Positions 44,539 through 53,341 of a stretch of 64,000 nt of DNA are shown here, piece by piece. Where the stretch lies: assembly GCA_002314915.1 (NCBI GenBank), contig DCHU01000029.1:35452-99451 (forward strand), read 5' to 3'. Made by a program: the position numbers and the translations under genes. Source of the DNA: Bacillales bacterium UBA1744. Its GTDB lineage: Bacteria > Bacillota_I > Bacilli_A > RFN20 > CAG-826. Position 1 is the stretch's first letter, and each line of letters begins with the position of its first letter. The notes under the pieces are model-generated. The model did no database searches, was not told where the DNA came from, and was given only the letters and a program-made list of their open reading frames with translations.

Positions 44539-45438
44539 CTATTCAATTTTTGATGGTCTTCCGTTCTCATCGTACTCATCGGCTGAGACGTCTCTATCCG
44601 GGTCGATGTAGATGAGTTTCTTGAACCAATTGGTCGCCTTTTCTTTGGTCTTTTTGCTCTTTTCCTCTTCTTTTGCAAGCTTGGCTTTGACCGCCTGAGG
44701 AACAAGTTCTGACAGTTTATTAACTGTCTCATCTTTCTTTTCCTTCATTTCCTCTCTTAATTTTTCATAAGTGAGGGCAACCGGATTGTTCTTGGTGAAC
44801 TTGACGATTTTATGGAAGAGACCTGCACTGTTAATCCAGTCGATGAGCATAACTCCATAAAGGATTCCGATACCGAAGATGACGAAGAATTCAGTGATTA
44901 AACTTGAGCTATCTCCAACGGTGAAGAATGAGGATAGCATCTCGAAGAACGAGAAGATGAATGGGTTGATTCCATAGTAGTAAATCACTGCAACAACACA
45001 CCATATGAGGTTGAACTGAGGACAGATAACGCCTTTGATGTTTCCTTTGAAGTTTGTGTAATCCCAGAGTCTGACTTTGAAGCCGTTAACGAAAATGATA
45101 CCCGCAACCAACTCAAGGAGAATGGTTCCGATTGCCATCAATGCCAGTGGAATGAGGTCGTACCAGGTACCGCCAGACACCCCGCTTCTCCAGAACAAAT
45201 CACCCATTGGGTTATAGAACTGCCAGGATGCTGGGGCAATTGTCTCTATTAAAAAGCAAACGGAGAACATGAGCAGGAGACCGAATCCATAAAGAGGAAG
45301 CCAAGGTCCTCTCATGAAACCCGGGTTAACCCATTTCTTTGCTGCAAAACGTCTGTATAAGACTTCAAGTAAATATCCACCCATGCAGCCGATGATGAAC
45401 ATCACTAGGTAGATAAGTAAAATCTCTCGCCAATCCAT
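44539..45438 (-). CDS. Polytopic membrane protein of the putative ABC-transporter type IV (PF06541-like) family with Lys/Glu-rich tail
   Basis: GCMGGYLLEVLYRRF...VNPGFMRGPWLPLYGFG matches my recollection of the PF06541 signature. Confidence 0.55.
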   Translation of the reverse strand: MDWREILLIYLVMFIIGCMGGYLLEVLYRRFAAKKWVNPGFMRGPWLPLYGFGLLLMFSVCFLIETIAPASWQFYNPMGDLFWRSGVSGGTWYDLIPLALMAIGTILLELVAGIIFVNGFKVRLWDYTNFKGNIKGVICPQFNLIWCVVAVIYYYGINPFIFSFFEMLSSFFTVGDSSSLITEFFVIFGIGILYGVMLIDWINSAGLFHKIVKFTKNNPVALTYEKLREEMKEKKDETVNKLSELVPQAVKAKLAKEEEKSKKTKEKATNWFKKLIYIDPDRDVSADEYDENGRPSKIE

Positions 45439-45444
45439 GCAATC

Positions 45445-45453
45445 ATCATAGCA
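45445..45453 (-). promoter_or_regulatory. Extended -10 box giving a leaderless mRNA
   Basis: The minus strand reads TGcTATGAT, then 6 nt (GATTGC), then the ATG at 45438. No SD is present. Confidence 0.5.
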
Positions 45454-45578
45454 CCCTAGAAATGAAATGGTTCATTAAATGATGTGTTTTTTGTGGATAA
45501 AAAGTATACTTTGTCAATTTAATGCTTTTATGTGGAGGATATTTCTATAAAATATGCTTGTTTTTAGGAGGACCGCCC

Positions 45579-46895
45579 ATGAAAAAGAATTGGATATTCG
45601 GCTTATCATTAGCGGCATTATTAATGGTTGGTTGCGGAACGCCTGATAAATCAGAATCATCAAGCGTTGAAAAAACATCAGAATCAGCGACTTCCGAAGT
45701 TGTGTCTTCAGAAGAGACTTCAGTTACATCAGAGTCAACCCCTGTTACATCAGAATCGGTTCCAGTGACATCAGAATCATCTAAAGAGTCGAGCTCTGAA
45801 GCATCGTCCGAATCGAGTTCAAGCTCAGAAGAGCCGGACTCATCAGAAGACGAGGAGGAAGAGGAAATCGTCACAGAGTCTACTGTCAACAAATTAATCG
45901 AGATTGCTGATAAGCAGGACGCCGGAAAGTATTCCGCAGATAAATATACTGTCACATGCTTTGTAAAAGAAATGATTGAGACAAGGGCAAACGGTGATTC
46001 ATTCCTTGTCGTATTCACTATCGCGGATACCGTGGATTCAGATAAGGTCATAGAGACAAAATGCGCGGTTGAAAATGAATTCGTAGCACAGGAGTTCACA
46101 ACGGGCGCCAAGATAAAAACTGAAGGCATGGTTGGCCGTTTCGTTAATGGCGAAGTCACAACCTACTCAATGTACAATCACGCATGTGAGTTGATTGAAT
46201 CAGCGTTGGTCGATGCAACGGAATTAAGCATCGGAAACGATGTCTCATTGAGTGTTGGTCAAAAGTCCAAGCTTGAGGCGGCATGGAGCCCATCAAATGC
46301 TCGCAAAGAAGCAATAACCTGGTCTTCATCCGATGAGAAAGTTGCAACCGTAAACAATGGAACTATCACCGCAATTGCGGAAGGAAACGCAACAATCACT
46401 GCAAAAACAACACATTTTACAAAAACAATCGCAGTTACAGTAAGTGCAGCGACAACAAAAACACAGACCATCAGTTTCACCAAAGCGACAGAGGGAGGAG
46501 ACATTCCAACAACCACTATCGCAACTGATAAGATACTTGACGCACTTGTGTCAGACGGATTGGATTTGATCGAATCGTGCGATGAGTCAAAATACGTTTA
46601 TTATGGTGGCCAGTCCTTGAAGTTCAACCCAAACGGATTCCTCACGCTCACATTGAAAAATCAGATAAATGTCTCAGAGGTCAAGTTTGAGGCGATGAGA
46701 TATCAGACCAAGAACGCTAAAATCGGATTTGAGACCACGAACTTTACCGGAGAACTGACAACCTCTGGACCAACCTCTGCAACTGAGTACGAAGACATCG
46801 TCTACGACTTAGGCGGAGTTGATGTAAAGACATTCAAATTCAGTTCCACTGATAAGGTGTTCATCAAATCAATAACTTTTAGTTATAACGGCTAA
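45579..46895 (+). CDS. Lipoprotein with Ser/Glu-rich linker and Big_2 (bacterial Ig-like) domain
   Basis: I trimmed the start to the ATG at 45579, after TAGGAGGA. The lipobox is MKKNWIFGLSLAALLMVGC. The Big_2 signature is ITWSSSDEKVATVNNGTITAIAEGNATITAKT. Confidence 0.75.
   Translation: MKKNWIFGLSLAALLMVGCGTPDKSESSSVEKTSESATSEVVSSEETSVTSESTPVTSESVPVTSESSKESSSEASSESSSSSEEPDSSEDEEEEEIVTESTVNKLIEIADKQDAGKYSADKYTVTCFVKEMIETRANGDSFLVVFTIADTVDSDKVIETKCAVENEFVAQEFTTGAKIKTEGMVGRFVNGEVTTYSMYNHACELIESALVDATELSIGNDVSLSVGQKSKLEAAWSPSNARKEAITWSSSDEKVATVNNGTITAIAEGNATITAKTTHFTKTIAVTVSAATTKTQTISFTKATEGGDIPTTTIATDKILDALVSDGLDLIESCDESKYVYYGGQSLKFNPNGFLTLTLKNQINVSEVKFEAMRYQTKNAKIGFETTNFTGELTTSGPTSATEYEDIVYDLGGVDVKTFKFSSTDKVFIKSITFSYNG
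45723..45785 (+). repeat. Three tandem 21-nt coding repeats (VTSESxP)
   Basis: GTTACATCAGAGTCAACCCCT / GTTACATCAGAATCGGTTCCA / GTGACATCAGAATCATCTAAA. Confidence 0.8.
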
Positions 46896-46900
46896 AAAAG

Positions 46901-46922
46901 AACCCCGATTGAAGTCGGGGTT
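46901..46922. terminator. Bidirectional terminator between convergent lipoprotein genes
   Basis: AACCCCGATTGAAGTCGGGGTT is flanked by AAAAAAG and TTTC. Confidence 0.8.
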
Positions 46923-46925
46923 TTC

Positions 46926-47558
46926 TTATGCAAATAAGATTTTGATTGGCAATGTTTCAACGGTATTGACGTTGTAGTAGAAGTCTTGCAATGCTGCGTC
47001 GTACTGGTTTGTTGCCGAGAGCCAACCATCACATCCTTCAACGGAATAATAGCTCTTGCCGTTGTATTCCGTTTTCAGACTACCGCAAACGTAGTCTGCT
47101 GAACTGGAACCGTATATAGCATAGGTGGCACCGTCAATTTTGGCTTCTTTGCCCCCGTCCATCCAGGTATCGTGATGAGGGAAATCGTAAAGAAATGAGG
47201 CGGGTATATCTACGGCATCTTCAGATGCATAGATGCTTTCTATCGTAGCCATGTTTATAACGCTGGAGCTTTTAACGTAGAGGATTCCTGGATAATCCTT
47301 AACCGTGTAGATTCTTGTGGAGTAATTGTCTTTGTCGTTAAACGCTGCGATGTATTCGTCTTTCTCGTTAAAACCATCTTCAGGTGTTCCGGCACGACGA
47401 TAAAGGGTGTCACCCACCATAAGATTTGTTATATCGGCAAACTGGGACTCATCAAGGTAATGAGCGTTTCCGAATTCTTCGACTTTAAAACACGAGGTTA
47501 ACAACCCGGATAGCAATAGAATTGGCACCACTACGATTCTTTTCTTCATGCGAGTCAT
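46926..47558 (-). CDS. Lipoprotein, unknown function
   Basis: The lipobox is MTRMKKRIVVVPILLLSGLLTSC. RBS GAAGGAT lies upstream. Confidence 0.65.
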   Translation of the reverse strand: MTRMKKRIVVVPILLLSGLLTSCFKVEEFGNAHYLDESQFADITNLMVGDTLYRRAGTPEDGFNEKDEYIAAFNDKDNYSTRIYTVKDYPGILYVKSSSVINMATIESIYASEDAVDIPASFLYDFPHHDTWMDGGKEAKIDGATYAIYGSSSADYVCGSLKTEYNGKSYYSVEGCDGWLSATNQYDAALQDFYYNVNTVETLPIKILFA

Positions 47559-47576
47559 TATACATCCTTCTGCAAA

Positions 47577-48161
47577 TTATATGGTTGGGTCAAATGCGTA
47601 AACACCAGAAAAGTAAACCATGCATGGCGCACAATTGGCATCATCGTGACAATCTCCGCAGTATTGTCGAGTCATCTTTATGTTTTCTGTGACATAGTAT
47701 TCATCCCCATCGTAATCAGATAGATACTTACAGTGCCCTTCTTTGTCGGTTACGATGAAATCGGCATAAACGGCATAAGCGTTCATGGAGCTAAATTCTT
47801 CTTTGGATACATGGTGAACGGTTGGTTGCTCAAAAGAATAAGATATTACCTTACCCGAAGTTAAAACCATTGTTGATGGGTATGTCTCTTGGATGTAAAT
47901 ACTTCCTGTATAAGTTATCGTGAATAGAGAGCCGATAAGAAGATTATCCGGCACTTTTACTTCTTCGAATCCCTTACCGAGGTATGAGGAGCCAATTAAA
48001 ATGGACCCTGGGTATTCGTTGTCCACCCCCGTTACGCTATTGACGACCAAATCGACACTAAATGTGTCAGTTTCGCTGAAGATCAAATCAGGAACATCCA
48101 CAATGTTGCATCCCGTTAAAGCTAAAACAGATATCGGGAGTAATAAGTTTTTAATTCTCAT
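47577..48161 (-). CDS. Lipoprotein, Cys-rich C-terminus, unknown function
   Basis: The lipobox is MRIKNLLLPISVLALTGC. RBS GAGGT lies upstream. The C-terminus contains CGDCHDDANCAPC. Confidence 0.65.
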   Translation of the reverse strand: MRIKNLLLPISVLALTGCNIVDVPDLIFSETDTFSVDLVVNSVTGVDNEYPGSILIGSSYLGKGFEEVKVPDNLLIGSLFTITYTGSIYIQETYPSTMVLTSGKVISYSFEQPTVHHVSKEEFSSMNAYAVYADFIVTDKEGHCKYLSDYDGDEYYVTENIKMTRQYCGDCHDDANCAPCMVYFSGVYAFDPTI

Positions 48162-48218
48162 ATCTTATACCTCGCTTTATATGACAGTTATTGAACTGCT
48201 TCCGTTACAAACTATAAC

Positions 48219-48244
48219 AAAAAAAGCCCGACTTCAATCAGGCT
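48219..48244 (-). terminator. Terminator after the CoA-transferase gene
   Basis: The minus strand reads AGCCTGATTGAAGTCGGGCT followed by TTTTTTT. Confidence 0.8.
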
Positions 48245-48257
48245 TTAAGATGATTCG

Positions 48258-49793
48258 TTACTTTCTCTTGGAGATTTTGGCAGGATACTCAACCGGGAAC
48301 GGGAGTAAATCCAAGATATCTTTCTGTGGGTCGACACCTGGATACACTTCAACGAGTTTCAATCCGTTTTCGCCGAGTTCAAAGATACATCTTTCGGTTA
48401 CGTAAAGAACTCTTTGCCCATTCTTTATAGCGCGCTGTCCATTAAAGGAGATGGCACTGACATTTGGAACGAATTTAGGAACGGTTCCGTTCTCCAAGAT
48501 TGTAACTGTATTGTTTGAACGGTCTACGTTTAATCCCTTTGTGTTGAAGGTTAAGCAGAAGACGACGTTTGGCGTCTTAGCGGTGATGTTCGCGAATCCT
48601 CCGATTCCGGAGAAATTACCTGGCATCTGGTGAGAGTTGACGTTACCGAACTGATCGACTTCGAATCCGCCCATGAAGCAGATATCTAATGTTCCGTTGT
48701 CGTAAAGGTCGAACTGGTTAGCCATATCATAAACTGATGCTGCGCCGATCATCGCACCGAATACTTTTCCGGATACAGGAAGTCCACCAATACCGCCTGA
48801 TTCTACAGTTAAGGTGATTTTTTCAAGGATTCCGCTCTTTCTTGCGTAATCTGCGACCTGTTCTGGAATTCCGATTCCGATGTTGACTAGGTCATCTTCT
48901 TTGAGTTCTTTTGCAGCGCGTTTGCCGATGACTTTAAATGCTGGATTAACCTTGACGTGAACGGTGCTGATGTCATCAATCATGCTCTTCCAGCCCTTCC
49001 ATTCTGAATATGGGATTTCGAATCCGCCTGTCAGAGCGCGGAATGAAACTGGGTAATCTTCTCTTTCGACGACAACGATTGCGTCAACGAGGCTGCCCGG
49101 AATAATGGTATTTCTAGGTCTAGATGGCGTTGCGACGAGTCTATCAACCTGAACGATGACTGTGCCATGGTTGGCTTTGACTGCCTGGCAAACCGATAAT
49201 GCGTCGCCTGACATGAACTGGTCATCGAATGCGATGTTGCCTTTCTTATCTGCGACAGTTCCCTTGATTAAGGCAACGTTAAGTTTTGGCAATTGATAAT
49301 ATAGGAATTCCTCTCCATCTAAGTTTACTAGTTTGACGAGGTTCTTATCTGTTGAAAGGCTATTGACGCCAGGTCCTTTGACTCTTGGGTCTACAAAGAT
49401 ATCTAATCCGACTTTTGATAAAGCACCAGGTAAACCTGCTGCCTGCGAGCGGATTGCGTGTGATATACATCCTAATGGAAGGTTATATGCTTCGAATCTA
49501 TCTTCCATAAGGAGTTTCTTGGTGCTTGGCATAGCGCCGAAGTGTCCGCAGATGAGTTTAGAGACTGCGCCGTCTCTGATGTAGCCTTCTGCTGCTCTAT
49601 CTTCTTCCCAGATACCAAAGCCTGCGCTTGATACGAGGGTTAAGTTCTTTGGTGAGCCTGTTGATTTATATTTGGCATAAATGCCTTCATGAAGTGCGAC
49701 TGGGTTTTCAATTCCGACGAAAGAGTTGAGGCAAATAATGTCGCCATCATGAATCAAATTCACTGCTTCTTCGATAGTCATTATTTTATGCAT
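48258..49793 (-). CDS. Acyl-CoA:carboxylate CoA-transferase (propionate CoA-transferase/YdiF family, fused alpha-beta)
   Basis: It is collinear by eye with Clostridium Pct/YdiF. Shared features include IEEAVNLIHDGDIICLNSFVG, the active-site region LTVESGGIGGLP, and GGFANI. Confidence 0.8.
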   Translation of the reverse strand: MHKIMTIEEAVNLIHDGDIICLNSFVGIENPVALHEGIYAKYKSTGSPKNLTLVSSAGFGIWEEDRAAEGYIRDGAVSKLICGHFGAMPSTKKLLMEDRFEAYNLPLGCISHAIRSQAAGLPGALSKVGLDIFVDPRVKGPGVNSLSTDKNLVKLVNLDGEEFLYYQLPKLNVALIKGTVADKKGNIAFDDQFMSGDALSVCQAVKANHGTVIVQVDRLVATPSRPRNTIIPGSLVDAIVVVEREDYPVSFRALTGGFEIPYSEWKGWKSMIDDISTVHVKVNPAFKVIGKRAAKELKEDDLVNIGIGIPEQVADYARKSGILEKITLTVESGGIGGLPVSGKVFGAMIGAASVYDMANQFDLYDNGTLDICFMGGFEVDQFGNVNSHQMPGNFSGIGGFANITAKTPNVVFCLTFNTKGLNVDRSNNTVTILENGTVPKFVPNVSAISFNGQRAIKNGQRVLYVTERCIFELGENGLKLVEVYPGVDPQKDILDLLPFPVEYPAKISKRK

Positions 49794-49973
49794 AGCTACT
49801 GCCCTCCTTCTGACGCCGATGTCAGTTGTGTATAAATGATGCCTATTTAGTAGATAATTTCACTAAAAAATACATAAAAAGCGATTTCATAAAGGGAAAA
49901 AGTGCAAATTGTTTAGATTTTTGGGTCAATTTTTCAAAAACTCCGCTACTTAATAGTAGGAGGTTATTTGAAA

Positions 49974-50792
49974 ATGCCAAAAAATAACGGAAAAGAATAT
50001 GAGCGTTTGTTCGTTGAGGCCATCAATAACAAAAAGGTTTGTGAGGTGCCTCAAGGGTTCAGGGAGAATCTTGATCGAATGTTCAAACGCCTAAAGGATG
50101 GGGATGTTGTTAAGGCCGGATTGGTTGAAGGATGTCAGAAACCTGATTTCTATGTGAGTATCAACGGGACCAGGAAAAACGTTTCTTTGAAGACAGGATT
50201 CGCCACTCAGGTTGGAGGAATTTCTCTCAAAGAGTTCATCGCTTTTATGCGATCGAAAGGTGTCAGCGAGGACACATTGAAGACAATTGTTTTACTCCAC
50301 TTCTGCGATGGAACTTTCAATAACACAGGGGCGGTTAGATACGACGTTATGGATTTCAGAATGAGATTCAAGGACAGGATTAAGAAGGCAAATAAAGAGT
50401 TGAATCACGACAAGAGTTTCGTGAAAGACTTTGTTTACACGGTTGTTTTCAAAGGGTTTTATAAGGGTAATATCGCAGCGGATTATCTATATTTTGGAAG
50501 CCAAGAGTTCGGTTTTTGCTGCAATTTTAAGCAGATTTGCAGGCTAATTGACGATAAAAGGTGGGCAAAAACTGAAAACCTTCACATCGGACCAATCCAG
50601 TTCAGGCCTGTTGCTAGATACACAGGTATGAAGGTACGCGATGATTCAAAGAGATGGGGAGTCAGATTTTATTGGCCGGGTTTAGAGGGAGAGATTAGAA
50701 GGGTCGGAATACAATACAGATACCATTACGATGGATACATACCTCTTGCTGAGAGGGCGGAAGAAGGCGAGAGCAATATTAACCAAGCATGA
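49974..50792 (+). CDS. PD-(D/E)xK nuclease-like protein resembling MspI/HinP1I-type restriction endonucleases; no adjacent methyltransferase
   Basis: I trimmed the start to the ATG 10 nt after GGAGG. The core is CQKPDFYVSINGTRKNVSLKTGFATQVGG (PD...SxK followed by GFxxQ). The late motif GPIQFRP recalls, from memory, the HinP1I/MspI LQFK. Arg codons are AGG 9, AGA 8 and CGN 5 (my count), whereas argG uses AGA only. Confidence 0.4.
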   Translation: MPKNNGKEYERLFVEAINNKKVCEVPQGFRENLDRMFKRLKDGDVVKAGLVEGCQKPDFYVSINGTRKNVSLKTGFATQVGGISLKEFIAFMRSKGVSEDTLKTIVLLHFCDGTFNNTGAVRYDVMDFRMRFKDRIKKANKELNHDKSFVKDFVYTVVFKGFYKGNIAADYLYFGSQEFGFCCNFKQICRLIDDKRWAKTENLHIGPIQFRPVARYTGMKVRDDSKRWGVRFYWPGLEGEIRRVGIQYRYHYDGYIPLAERAEEGESNINQA

Positions 50793-50847
50793 AAGGTTTT
50801 CGATTTATTGTTGAAAACAAAAATGCTTAATGGTTTAATATTGCTCG

Positions 50848-50922
50848 CGGCCCTGTCGTCAAGCGGTTAAGACACCGCCCTCTCAAGGCGGGTTCCCGGG
50901 TTCGAATCCCGGCAGGGTCACC
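50848..50922 (+). tRNA. tRNA-Glu (anticodon CUC)
   Basis: GGCCCTGTCGTCAAGCGGTTAAGACACCGCCCTCTCAAGGCGGGTTCCCGGGTTCGAATCCCGGCAGGGTCACCA. The anticodon loop is CTCTCAA. Confidence 0.9.
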
Positions 50923-50934
50923 AAATGAATTGTA

Positions 50935-50961
50935 AAGCCTCGACTATGTTCGGGGCTTTTT
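50935..50961 (+). terminator. Terminator after tRNA-Glu(CUC)
   Basis: AGCCTCG actatgtt CGGGGCT is followed by TTTTTT. Confidence 0.75.
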
Positions 50962-50990
50962 TCATGCGGTGATTCTGCCTGGGATGAGAA

Positions 50991-51019
50991 CAAAATAAAA
51001 GGCAGGACTTTTGCCCTGC
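50991..51019 (-). terminator. Terminator after gltX
   Basis: The minus strand reads GGCAGGGCAAAAGTCCTGCC followed by TTTTATTTT. Confidence 0.75.
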
Positions 51020-51030
51020 CAGTTTGAATA

Positions 51031-52686
51031 TTAGTCGATTGCGTTTAAGAGTCTGTCCACTACTCTATCTTTTCCTAAGATATCAATGACCTCGTGGAGG
51101 TTAGGTGAGTTCTTGGAACATGTAAGGGCGATACGGATCAATTCCGCTGCGTCTGCGACGTTTCCTTTGAACAACTCAGGATTTGCCTTGTACTCTTTGT
51201 TATTTGTCGCAAAGCCGTTCTTTGCAGCCAATTCTTTGACACTGTTGAACCATGTTGATTCATCAACGCCGTATGTCATCTCTTCTGAGGCTTTCTTTAA
51301 GAAATCCTTGATAAATGCGTTGTCGAACTTCTCGTTGAATGGAAGTCCTGCTTTCTTGATCTCAGCGTAATCCTCATCGAAGAAGAATCTGGTGATTGGT
51401 TCGATGTCGCTGTATTTAGCGTAGTCTTTACGTGGGTTTGGTTTATCTTTGTCGATGTTGATGATTCTAGCTAAGAATGCTGGATCTTTCTCAATCTTTG
51501 CATAGAGCTTTGGATCATAGACTTTTGCCCACTCTGTGGCAGCTGGGAGGATTGTGTCTGCGTGTTCTTTGCCGAGAACTTCTCTGCAGAAATAAGCAAG
51601 CTTATCAATATCGAAGAGAGCGCCGTCTAATGACATCTTGTTCCATGTGAACTGGAAGTGTGAGATGTCGTAGTCTTTGCTCTGCATCGTCCAATCTTCG
51701 AAGTTGGAATTAGCGATGTTCATCAAGTATACGAGTAATCCTTTTGCTGGATATCCGCTTTCGATGAAGAATGAGACTGCTGCTTCTGGGTCTTTTCTCT
51801 TTGAGAGTTTTCTCTTGTTTCCGTTATCGAGTTTCATGATAACTGGAAGGTGAGCATACTTTGTTGGTTTCCAACCAAGAGCTCTGAAAAGGTCGAGGTG
51901 GATTGGGGTTGATGGGATCCACTCTTCGCCACGGGAGACGACTGTTGTTCTCATGAAGTGGTCGTCGACTACGTGTGCAAAGTGATATGTTGGGAGACCG
52001 TCACCTTTGAGGATAACAACATCAACGTCATTCTCCTGGATTTCGATCTTTCCGCGGATAGCGTCTGTGAATGCGACTTTTCTATTGTGGTCACCGTTTG
52101 ATTTATAACGGACGACGTATGGCATTCCTGCTTTGATTTTCTCAATCTGCTCGTCTGGGGTGAGGTTTCTGTCTCTAGCGAATTCGCCATAGTAACCAGG
52201 GAGAATCTTGTTCGCTTCCTGATATGCTCTGATCTTCTCTAAATCCTCTGGTGTGCAGAAATCTGCATATGCCTTGCCTTCCTGGACGAGGTGTTTGATG
52301 ACGGTTCTATAGATATCTCTTCTCTTTGACTGCTGATATGGACCATAAGCGCCTTTATCGCCTTCTGGGAAGTAGCCTTCATCTGAGACGATGCCGAAGT
52401 TTGCAAGCTGGACGATTAAATCGTCTGCTGAACCAGCGATTGTTCTCTTGGTGTCTGTATCCTCAAGTCTGAACATGTAGATACCGCCGGACTGCTTCGC
52501 GTACTTATATCCCACGAGCGCGGTAAATAAAGAACCTGTGTGTAAGAAGCCTGTAGGTGATGGGGCAAATCTAGTGACCTGCGCGCCTTCTGGTAACTGT
52601 CTGACAGGGTATTCGTTTTCTAAGTCATCAACTGTCTTTGTGATGTCCGGGAACATGAGTTCCGCTAAATCGTAATAATTAGCCAT
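51031..52686 (-). CDS. gltX: Glutamate--tRNA ligase
   Basis: It has the HIGH-region RFAPSPTGFLHTGSL and KMSKS-like KLSKRK. I trimmed the start from the track TTG (52701) to the ATG at 52686, 7 nt after GGAGGA. Confidence 0.9.
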   Translation of the reverse strand: MANYYDLAELMFPDITKTVDDLENEYPVRQLPEGAQVTRFAPSPTGFLHTGSLFTALVGYKYAKQSGGIYMFRLEDTDTKRTIAGSADDLIVQLANFGIVSDEGYFPEGDKGAYGPYQQSKRRDIYRTVIKHLVQEGKAYADFCTPEDLEKIRAYQEANKILPGYYGEFARDRNLTPDEQIEKIKAGMPYVVRYKSNGDHNRKVAFTDAIRGKIEIQENDVDVVILKGDGLPTYHFAHVVDDHFMRTTVVSRGEEWIPSTPIHLDLFRALGWKPTKYAHLPVIMKLDNGNKRKLSKRKDPEAAVSFFIESGYPAKGLLVYLMNIANSNFEDWTMQSKDYDISHFQFTWNKMSLDGALFDIDKLAYFCREVLGKEHADTILPAATEWAKVYDPKLYAKIEKDPAFLARIINIDKDKPNPRKDYAKYSDIEPITRFFFDEDYAEIKKAGLPFNEKFDNAFIKDFLKKASEEMTYGVDESTWFNSVKELAAKNGFATNNKEYKANPELFKGNVADAAELIRIALTCSKNSPNLHEVIDILGKDRVVDRLLNAID

Positions 52687-52746
52687 AATGTATTCCTCCA
52701 ATTCGGAGCCTTATGAATTATATTCAATATTTTTGTAGTTTTCTAC

Positions 52747-52775
52747 TTGCCAATAGTAAAACACCTAATTATAAT
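52747..52775 (+). promoter_or_regulatory. Promoter of tRNA-Gly
   Basis: TTGCCA (52747-52752), a 17-nt spacer, then TATAAT (52770-52775), 27 nt upstream of the tRNA. Confidence 0.7.
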
Positions 52776-52801
52776 AAACCACGCTCTCACAAAGAGTGAT
52801 T

Positions 52802-52875
52802 GCAGGTGTAGTTCAATGGTAGAACGCGACCTTGCCAAGGTCGACACGCGGGTCCGATTCCCGTCACTTGCTCCA
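52802..52875 (+). tRNA. tRNA-Gly (anticodon GCC)
   Basis: GCAGGTGTAGTTCAATGGTAGAACGCGACCTTGCCAAGGTCGACACGCGGGTCCGATTCCCGTCACTTGCTCCA. The anticodon loop is TTGCCAA. Confidence 0.9.
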
Positions 52876-52885
52876 GTTGATAGTT

Positions 52886-52916
52886 AACCCTCGAGTAATC
52901 GGGGGTTTTATTTTTG
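52886..52916 (+). terminator. Terminator after tRNA-Gly
   Basis: AACCCTCG agtaat CGGGGGTT is followed by TTATTTTTG. Confidence 0.7.
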
Positions 52917-53049
52917 TTCGGACCCGCGTTTTTCCTCTTAATTTATTAAGGTGATTATTAGCTGTTTTTATGTTTTGTCCGGTGTAAGTGCTTTCTTTAA
53001 AAAATCGAAAATTAACGCTTTAAATTATTCGACTTTTGTTTAATATGAC

Positions 53050-53311
53050 CCCATAGCGATGAAGGGAAATAGTACCTTTTGAGTAAGATCTGAGCGAGCT
53101 GCCGATGGTGAGAGGGCGGTATCTGAGGCAATTGGGAACGCGTCCTAGAGCTGATTCTCTGAAATGAGTAGGAGATTCCGTGTTCGCACGTTACAGCGAC
53201 TTTGGGATAAATAACTTATCCTGGAAAGGTAACACTCGTGAGAGTGTTATAAACTAAGGTGGCACCACGTTAAAAAAACGTCCTTAGACTTTGTTAGTCT
53301 GGGGACTTTTT
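53050..53311 (+). promoter_or_regulatory. T-box leader (tRNA-sensing riboswitch), probable Arg specifier CGC, controlling the arg operon
   Basis: The stem I base is AGCGATGAAGGGAAATAGTA, the AG-bulge-like element is AGCGAG, and the distal loop is GGTGAGA. The specifier-loop context is GGGAA-CGC-G (CGC at 53139-53141). The T-box sequence is AAACTAAGGTGGCACCACG (53252-53269). A terminator CCTTAGACT ttgtt AGTCTGGGG followed by ACTTTTT (53282-53311) lies 30 nt before the argG ATG. Confidence 0.8.
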
Positions 53312-53341
53312 GTTTACTAGGCTGAAGGAAAGAGAGAAAAA

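Noticed and set aside
45545-46159. 204-aa minus-strand ORF (Ser/Asp-rich)
   Set aside because: It is the antisense mirror of the Ser/Glu-rich linker of the + strand lipoprotein (45579-46895), which has an RBS, a lipobox and a Big_2 domain. The minus ORF has no RBS or signal of its own.
46901-46922. Possible dispersed repeat family: the terminators at 1193-1212, 46901-46922 and 48225-48244 share CCGA(T/C)T(G/C)AA(G/T)TCGG cores
   Set aside because: The shared part is only the ~14-nt hairpin core, in an ordinary terminator context. It is too short to call a REP/MITE element without a genome-wide count.
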